A stretch of DNA of 64,000 nucleotides from a virus (Duplodnaviria; Caudoviricetes), in IMG/VR virus record IMGVR_UViG_3300011989_000257, positions 256,001 through 320,000 of that record, one strand, 5' to 3'. Below, piece by piece: positions 57,936 through 64,000 of this stretch. The notes beneath the pieces are model-generated. The model was not told the origin of the DNA. It searched no databases and saw nothing but the letters and a program-made list of their open reading frames with translations. Position 1 is the first letter of the stretch. The number at the start of each line of letters is the position of its first letter. The translations under genes were made by a program, and so were the position numbers.

Positions 57936-58841
57936 TCAATCAAGTTTTTTAATCTTCCTCAGATATTCTGCTTTCATTTCATCCATTGCTTCAAGTTCAA
58001 GTTGTCTTACTCGCTCAGAAGTTAATCCAATGATTTGTCCTATTTCCTCACGTTCATATTCTCTTCTAAGACCATTATCACCCTCATACATTCCAAAGCG
58101 CATCTTAATGATTTGCTGTTTACGTGGAGAGAGTTTGCTAAGTAATGATGAGACTACTTTCTTGTTGAACTCTTCCTCTTCCTTTTCCTCATATTCATTG
58201 TATGAAGCGCTTGCTCTATTATAGGCTGCTACATCGCCATAATTAGGAGATTCATCTTCATCATTGGCTGATTCATCGACATAACTAACCTTTAAATCTA
58301 ATATATCATTCTTATCTTTAATATCCTTACCATACTTCACGGTAACAATATCAAATAATTCATCTGGACTTGGAGTTCTTTCGTTTTTCTGCAAGAAATC
58401 ATTTGTTGCCTTTGACAAAACATGAAATGTCTTTGAATAATTTGGCCTCTTAACCACTTGCAAATCACCACAGATATACTTGTTAATTGCACGTTTGATG
58501 AACCACATTGCATAACTTGCAAACTTGACGTTGTGAGTTGTATCGAACCTATCCATTGCTTCGAGCAAACCAAAATTGGCCTCATTGACATAATCCATTA
58601 AAGTATCAGTCTTAGCCCATTTCTTTGCTGCTGCTATAATCATCCTTTGGTTGCATAGCATAATGTAGTCTCTTGCAATTTCCTTCTCTTCCTTAGTGCC
58701 ATGCTTATACTTTGTAAACCACTCTATTTCCTCTTCTCTAGTGAGTGTTGGAAAATCCTTAACATCTTTAAGAAATCTAGTGGTGTTTTCTGAACGGTCT
58801 ACAAGACCAGTGTCTGCTTTAAGATTAATTACTAAACTCAT
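57936..58841 (-). CDS. RNA polymerase sigma-70 family factor (RpoD/RpoH-like)
   Basis: EANFGLLEAMDRFD...KFASYAMWFIK; region 4 LTSERVRQLE. Confidence 0.92.
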   Translation of the reverse strand: MSLVINLKADTGLVDRSENTTRFLKDVKDFPTLTREEEIEWFTKYKHGTKEEKEIARDYIMLCNQRMIIAAAKKWAKTDTLMDYVNEANFGLLEAMDRFDTTHNVKFASYAMWFIKRAINKYICGDLQVVKRPNYSKTFHVLSKATNDFLQKNERTPSPDELFDIVTVKYGKDIKDKNDILDLKVSYVDESANDEDESPNYGDVAAYNRASASYNEYEEKEEEEFNKKVVSSLLSKLSPRKQQIIKMRFGMYEGDNGLRREYEREEIGQIIGLTSERVRQLELEAMDEMKAEYLRKIKKLD

Positions 58842-58851
58842 TAAATTATTT

Positions 58852-59388
58852 TTATTTATTATTGTTTTTCTTTTTTAATGTTACAACTGTCTTATTCCCT
58901 TCATCACGTAGAGCTGCCTCTGGAACTGCAATATCTTCCAACAAGACAATGAACTCAAGAATGGATTTCTTGTTTTCTTCTCTTCTAGATAATTCACGTC
59001 CTTTCATGGAAAGTGTAACTCTAACACGGCTTCCGTCTTCAAGAAACTTACGAGCATTATTAGCTTTAGTTTCAAGGTCATGTTTTGCAATGTTCACACT
59101 TAATTGAATCTCCTTCAGAGGTTTAACTGATTGTTTGCTCTTCTTTGAAGCCTTTTTAAGTTCATACATCATCTTCTCATAGTTACAGATTCGTATGATG
59201 GGCATAACACCATTTCCTTGAATTTCAACTAAGTCTAAATTCATGCCATTTGCAATACTCCTTGCTTCTGACATAGTTACAACTTTACTTTCGATGTCAT
59301 TTCCAACGATTCTAACATTCCCATTGAATCTGATTTCATCGTTCACACGGAACTTTGAAGAAAAATCATTCTTCTTCTGCTTTACCAT
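58852..59388 (-). CDS. infC: translation initiation factor IF-3
   Basis: RVNDEI, LDLVEI, KEIQLS.NIAKHDLETK, KGRE. Confidence 0.93.
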   Translation of the reverse strand: MVKQKKNDFSSKFRVNDEIRFNGNVRIVGNDIESKVVTMSEARSIANGMNLDLVEIQGNGVMPIIRICNYEKMMYELKKASKKSKQSVKPLKEIQLSVNIAKHDLETKANNARKFLEDGSRVRVTLSMKGRELSRREENKKSILEFIVLLEDIAVPEAALRDEGNKTVVTLKKKNNNK

Positions 59389-59734
59389 TCTTTTCCTTTA
59401 AAATTTTGATTTTATCTTTTAACTTGTTTATTCTTTCCTTTCTCACCTCAATGGCTCTAAGGTCATCTTCCAAGAAAAACTCCTCATACATTAATTGTTT
59501 TTCAAGTTCTTCAATAGTTGGAGGGGTATTTCTTCTGCGTTCTGCTGCTTCATCAGCTTCTTTCATCCTTTGTAAAAATCGACAAGCTGATTCACCACTT
59601 AATATTATTGGTTTCCCAACATCAGTTGCAAGTGCAGTAGGCTCACAATCTGATGCAAAGTTACGAAAATTTTCTGTTTTAGCAAAATTTTTTTTGTTAA
59701 ATTTCCTTAAAGATTCTTTTTTTGCTTTATTCAT
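59366..59734 (-). CDS. hypothetical coiled-coil protein (start uncertain)
   Basis: Promoter-like motif at 59654 lies inside 5' part. Confidence 0.5.
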   Translation of the reverse strand: MNKAKKESLRKFNKKNFAKTENFRNFASDCEPTALATDVGKPIILSGESACRFLQRMKEADEAAERRRNTPPTIEELEKQLMYEEFFLEDDLRAIEVRKERINKLKDKIKILKEKNGKAEEE

Positions 59735-60098
59735 CTTTTTCTTTCCATATCATTTCATTATCCTTACATATATATTCAGTGTTTGGCTTTATACCTTCAA
59801 ACACTTTTTGATGCAATAATGACTCAATGAGATAGAGATTATCAGACACATAATGGTATGTATCAAGCATATATTTCTCCACATCATCTGGATATGCACT
59901 TCCATCTGCATCTTCAGTGGTATTCTTAATTGCCTTATCCCTCAATCCTAGAATCATCGCAACATCATCCAAGATATGAGTTTGCATTGTAAGCATCACC
60001 TTTTTATTAATTGTAAGCACATCGTCATCGTTGTCTTCGATGTTTAAAAATCTGACCAATTTCAAATGGTCTTCTGTTAGGTTTAAATGTAATATCAT
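59727..60098 (-). CDS. hypothetical protein
   Basis: ORF in run. Confidence 0.7.
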   Translation of the reverse strand: MILHLNLTEDHLKLVRFLNIEDNDDDVLTINKKVMLTMQTHILDDVAMILGLRDKAIKNTTEDADGSAYPDDVEKYMLDTYHYVSDNLYLIESLLHQKVFEGIKPNTEYICKDNEMIWKEKDE

Positions 60099-60104
60099 AT
60101 TTAA

Positions 60105-60518
60105 TTAAAATTTGAATACATCATAATTATGTTCTACTAAAAAATTATTCCATTTTCGACTTAAATTATTCATGTACTGACAGTCAACGTCTTTTTCACT
60201 CCATGAAAAAGAAAATGGTATATATGTGAATACACTGCCCCACAATCGGTCAATTTTATTTGGCAAATCGTTATTGACTAATACACTACTATAGTTTACT
60301 TTATTAATCAAAGCAAACAAATAAAATGGGTTAATACCTTTATCGAGAAACATTAGTTTCTTGAAAAAAACATATTTTTTTTCAAGTTTAATAAACCATA
60401 CGAACAGCCTATAATTGTGCCAATGTCTCTCAATATCTTCTATGCCCGTTTTTGTTAAATCTTTCATCTGCTTTTCTTTTACGTTCAGATACCATTTCGT
60501 AATAAGCCTTTCTATCAA
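60105..60518 (-). CDS. hypothetical protein
   Basis: ORF in run. Confidence 0.55.
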   Translation of the reverse strand: MIERLITKWYLNVKEKQMKDLTKTGIEDIERHWHNYRLFVWFIKLEKKYVFFKKLMFLDKGINPFYLFALINKVNYSSVLVNNDLPNKIDRLWGSVFTYIPFSFSWSEKDVDCQYMNNLSRKWNNFLVEHNYDVFKF

Positions 60519-61035
60519 CTTTTTTCACTGCTAGCTCATTATCTCTTACTTCCTTCATTTCTTCGGCTCTAGACTTCTGGAAATAGTCATACACTGTAAT
60601 ATCTACATCTGTTAATATATTATTGAACATCTCCATTATCTTATCCCTATCGCCATTCCCATCAAATCTGCTAGACCCTAACAATGTAGTTGCTATTTTC
60701 TTACCCTTATATAAAATATTAACTAATTTAAGGCATTTTTCAAGACTTTCATAAGATAAATAATCTTTTATTATGTCAGGTCTAAAATTACCCTCATATA
60801 TAAAACATAAACAAAATGTAGGCTCATTATCCTTTTTGCATTCAAGTATTGTGCCTAATTTTTCCTTATCGCCATATTTTGTTTCCAAGTTTTTATTAAA
60901 AACATATGGATAATTTAACATGACTTTAAGCTGTATTCCTTGGGACATTGTACAGTAAGTTCCTGTCCCAATTAATACAGCTTCGTATTCTGAAAAATGT
61001 TCAAATAAATCAACATCTTTAATTATCTTTATCAT
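60430..61035 (-). CDS. macro-domain-like protein
   Basis: MIKII..DLF, CTMSQGI, LGSSRFDGNG resemble phage macro domains. Confidence 0.55.
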   Translation of the reverse strand: MIKIIKDVDLFEHFSEYEAVLIGTGTYCTMSQGIQLKVMLNYPYVFNKNLETKYGDKEKLGTILECKKDNEPTFCLCFIYEGNFRPDIIKDYLSYESLEKCLKLVNILYKGKKIATTLLGSSRFDGNGDRDKIMEMFNNILTDVDITVYDYFQKSRAEEMKEVRDNELAVKKVDRKAYYEMVSERKRKADERFNKNGHRRY

Positions 61036-62045
61036 CCTCCAAATCCACTAACCTTTATTTTATTTCTAGCGGGAGTTTGTTCCACCACACGAGCTGCTGA
61101 TTCTTTGCAGTCATTTGATTCAGTAACTCCAGAATTAAAACCAATTTTCTTAGTAGCATCCTCTGTAATCTTTACTTTACCGTCTTTTTTAATTAATTCT
61201 TCGAGTCTTTCAAACAATTCTACTTCAGTAAACCCATCTACATAAATTCCTTGTATCACTTCTTTCAAGAAATCAAAAGTATATCCTTCTGTTTTTTTGA
61301 CATATCTCTCAATATCCTTCTTGACATTAGCATCATTTATATCAATTCCACTATCAGAAAGTTTATTTTCAATATAAGTTTTTCTAACTTCTGCGCTAGG
61401 TTTCTTATATTCAATTACGAGATTGAATCTGCTTGGTCTACATGTAAATCTTTTTTCAAGTATTTCTGGATAATTAGTAGTTGCAATTGTAACCACATTA
61501 TCAAACTGACTATTTCCATCCAATAACTGCAATAGCATGGCTGAATAATAATCGTCTTTTGCCAAACGCTCAAAGTCCTCAATAAGTGTAATCACTCTAC
61601 GGTTAGGCTCTATACTCCTAAGTCTATCCATACAAGGACCATAACTAGTTAACTCATCTGTATTATCAATACAAATAACAACACCATCATAATCATCAAT
61701 AAGTGTTTTACAAATAATATTGATTAGAGAAGTCTTTCCATTACCTGGTAGAGAATATAACAATATATTCCTTTTATATACTTGCCCAAATTGTCTATAA
61801 CGCTCTTCTGATTTCCAAAATCTCTTGATGTCATCAAGAATACTTATCTGTGTATCATTTGGCAACACATATAACTTAGGCATTACTACTTCCTTACTAG
61901 TAAAGAAAAATCTACCATTATATCTATCCCATACTGGTTTATAAAAGCCACTAGGCAATACTTCCTTTGTTACACCTATTGGCTCATATATGTTACCATT
62001 CTTTTCGTAACGTGTGAAGTTTCTTTCTTTTGCTTCTTTCGCCAT
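61032..62045 (-). CDS. AAA+ ATPase
   Basis: LPGNGKTS, IEDFE, ATTNYPE, RPSRF. Confidence 0.88.
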   Translation of the reverse strand: MAKEAKERNFTRYEKNGNIYEPIGVTKEVLPSGFYKPVWDRYNGRFFFTSKEVVMPKLYVLPNDTQISILDDIKRFWKSEERYRQFGQVYKRNILLYSLPGNGKTSLINIICKTLIDDYDGVVICIDNTDELTSYGPCMDRLRSIEPNRRVITLIEDFERLAKDDYYSAMLLQLLDGNSQFDNVVTIATTNYPEILEKRFTCRPSRFNLVIEYKKPSAEVRKTYIENKLSDSGIDINDANVKKDIERYVKKTEGYTFDFLKEVIQGIYVDGFTEVELFERLEELIKKDGKVKITEDATKKIGFNSGVTESNDCKESAARVVEQTPARNKIKVSGFGG

Positions 62046-62056
62046 AACTTATTTTA

Positions 62057-63148
62057 TTAAGTAAAATGTTCTTGTTTTTTTAACTCGTCTATAATTTTTC
62101 TCTCATTTGCGTTAATTGACTGCGGCACTGTTATACTTACAATGCCAATCATATTTCCAGGTGAGCCAATTGTATTACCATATCTAGGCAAACCATATCC
62201 TTTAAACCTTAATGTATGCCCACTACTAGTACCTTGCGGTATCTTGACCTTAATTGTTTTACCATCCAAGGTCTTTATCTCTTTTGTGCATCCAAGAATA
62301 GCTTCTATAACATTAATATTTAAATCAAATACAAGGTCTCTTCCTTGTTTTTCAAATGTATCATGCTCTTCAATCTCAATTGTTACTACCAAACTTCCAT
62401 TAGTGCCTTTTCCATGAGGTGCTGCATTACCAAGTCCAGCATACTCAATCTGCATACCATCTTCAACTCCCCTTGGTATAGCAAATGAGATTTCAGAACT
62501 AGAATTCTGAACAACACCATGTCCATTACAATGACTACATGGATTTTCGATTATATATCCACTACCACCACAAGTAGGACATTTTTGATGCATCATGAAT
62601 CCATTAGGGTCGAAAGCAGTTCCAGTGCCACCACAAGTTTTACAAGTCCTCCTACGAGACTCGGCAGTCATTCCTGTGCCATTACAATGAGGACAAGGCT
62701 CAAATCTCTTAATCCTAATTTTCTTGGTGCATCCAGTCATAACATCTTCAAGTTTCATTTTAATGGTAATCCTAATATTACTACCATTTATTGATTTTTC
62801 TTGCTGTTTATCAAAACCAAAATCACTAAATGGGTTTGCAAATGGATTTCCACGACTCCTGAAATGTCTGAATATCTCTTCCATATTCATATTTCCAAAA
62901 TCTGGACCACCACTAGAATGAAATTCAAACCTTGTTTTTGGGTTATCATACTCCTTTCGTTTGGTTTCATCCCCCAAAACCTCATAAGCTTCAGCAATCT
63001 CCTTAAACTTAGCTTCAGCCTCCTTAGAACCGTTATTACGGTCTGGATGCCACTTCACACTAAGCTTACGGAAAGCTTTCTTAATATCGTCTTGAGAAGC
63101 ACTTTTATCAACACCAAGAATCTTATAATAGTCCTTTCTCTCAGCCAT
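62057..63148 (-). CDS. dnaJ: chaperone DnaJ
   Basis: J domain HPD, four CxxCxGxG repeats. Confidence 0.96.
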   Translation of the reverse strand: MAERKDYYKILGVDKSASQDDIKKAFRKLSVKWHPDRNNGSKEAEAKFKEIAEAYEVLGDETKRKEYDNPKTRFEFHSSGGPDFGNMNMEEIFRHFRSRGNPFANPFSDFGFDKQQEKSINGSNIRITIKMKLEDVMTGCTKKIRIKRFEPCPHCNGTGMTAESRRRTCKTCGGTGTAFDPNGFMMHQKCPTCGGSGYIIENPCSHCNGHGVVQNSSSEISFAIPRGVEDGMQIEYAGLGNAAPHGKGTNGSLVVTIEIEEHDTFEKQGRDLVFDLNINVIEAILGCTKEIKTLDGKTIKVKIPQGTSSGHTLRFKGYGLPRYGNTIGSPGNMIGIVSITVPQSINANERKIIDELKKQEHFT

Positions 63149-63288
63149 TATTCTTATATTAAGTTATAAACCTTTTTGCAAAGATATATTTTTTATTTTT
63201 AAATTCCAAATAAAATACTAAAAATCTGAGGAACTTATTGGGAAAGCCCCTCAGATTTAAAAAATATTTAACAACCTTGCCAAGTCAC

Positions 63289-64000
63289 TTACTTCACTTC
63301 CTCAAAGTCTGCGTCTTGTACATCCTCTGTAGAAGCTGTAGCAGAGTCAAAATCATTTGGCTGCTGTGCAGTGCCATTCTGCTGCTGATTCTGACTGTAA
63401 ACACGCTGCGAAACAGCTTGCCATACCTCATTGATGGCTGTTTCTGTCTCATTAATCTTATCTACGTCTTTTGCACTAACAGCAGACTTCATCTGAGCGA
63501 TAAGGTTCTCAATCTTACCCTTCTCGTCTTCAGTGATGTTGTTCTTCTGCTCCTCAAGCATCTTCTCTTGGGTAAATACAATGGTATCACCCTTATTAAC
63601 AGCCTCGGCAGTCTCACGTTCCTTCTTATCAGATTCAGCATTAGCCTCTGCCTCTGCTTTCATGCGCTCAATCTCTTCTTTTGAAAGACTGCTAGAACCC
63701 TCAACACGGATAGATTGAGCCTTACCAGTACCCTTATCAGTTGCGCTAACCTCAACAACACCATTGGCATTAATTGATATCTTCACACTGATTTGTGGAA
63801 TTCCACGCTTAGCTGGGAGTATTCCCGTTAGATTGAAACGACCAAGTGACCTATTCTGCGCTGCCATTGGACGATTACCTTGCAATAGGTTAATTGTCAC
63901 CTCAGTTTGGTTATCTGCTGCGGTTGAGAAAACTTGTTCCTTATCGCAAGGAATTGTTGTATTTGCGTCAATAAGTGTTGTCATAACTCCACCAAGTGTT
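63289..64000 (-). CDS. dnaK: chaperone DnaK, C-terminal part
   Basis: FSTAADNQ, GIPQI, SLSKEEIERM, tail DADFEEVK. Confidence 0.96.
   Translation of the reverse strand, partial: TLGGVMTTLIDANTTIPCDKEQVFSTAADNQTEVTINLLQGNRPMAAQNRSLGRFNLTGILPAKRGIPQISVKISINANGVVEVSATDKGTGKAQSIRVEGSSSLSKEEIERMKAEAEANAESDKKERETAEAVNKGDTIVFTQEKMLEEQKNNITEDEKGKIENLIAQMKSAVSAKDVDKINETETAINEVWQAVSQRVYSQNQQQNGTAQQPNDFDSATASTEDVQDADFEEVK

Noticed and set aside
4085-59734. Shared N-terminal IFFxIFAK-like peptide in several ORFs
   Set aside because: It is the translated promoter motif (TTTTTTCnTATCTTTGCA); true starts lie downstream.
364-63718. Most plus-strand ORFs in the track
   Set aside because: Antisense shadows of minus-strand genes or tRNAs; only 47123-47617 and 57453-57893 fill real gaps.
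1-64000. TAG-to-sense recoding throughout this window
   Set aside because: Long ORFs are intact under code 11 and tyrS, DUF2828 and others end at TAG at plausible termini; recoding elsewhere in the genome is not excluded.
52564-64000. Cellular chromosome origin (dnaK, dnaJ, infC, tyrS, nadE)
   Set aside because: No bacterial operon context (no rpmI/rplT after infC), genes are interspersed with orphan ORFs, and tRNAs are divergent and mostly lack CCA.

Overview
AT-rich, almost entirely minus-strand segment of a very large Bacteroidetes (Prevotella-type, Lak-megaphage-like) phage genome. Supporting evidence: more than 20 copies of the Bacteroidetes housekeeping promoter (TTTG...TAnnTTTG), many small orphan ORFs, Prevotella-style lipoproteins and OmpA, and host-like accessory genes (DHFR, NMN adenylyltransferase, NadE, RtcB, TyrRS, IF3, sigma70, SSB, DnaJ, DnaK, PTH2-like, HNH nucleases). 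From about 10.5 to 42.2 kb there is a dense RNA-gene region with ~38 recognisable tRNAs (one amber CUA, one with a group I intron), a tmRNA, a GOLLD-sized ncRNA candidate and many tRNA mimics. The main finding is a family of 12 dispersed small RNAs that share a terminal helix and an unpaired motif (5'-GGRAACNNRCAGCAR...GTTYCC-3'). They carry interchangeable cargos: circularly permuted tRNAs opened at the anticodon or D arm, tRNA bodies attached through the acceptor, bare anticodon stem-loops, or non-tRNA structures. This is a Y-RNA-like architecture, and the window also encodes a Ro60-like DUF2828/vWA protein and RtcB. All RNA calls and coordinates were made by eye; no database searches were run.
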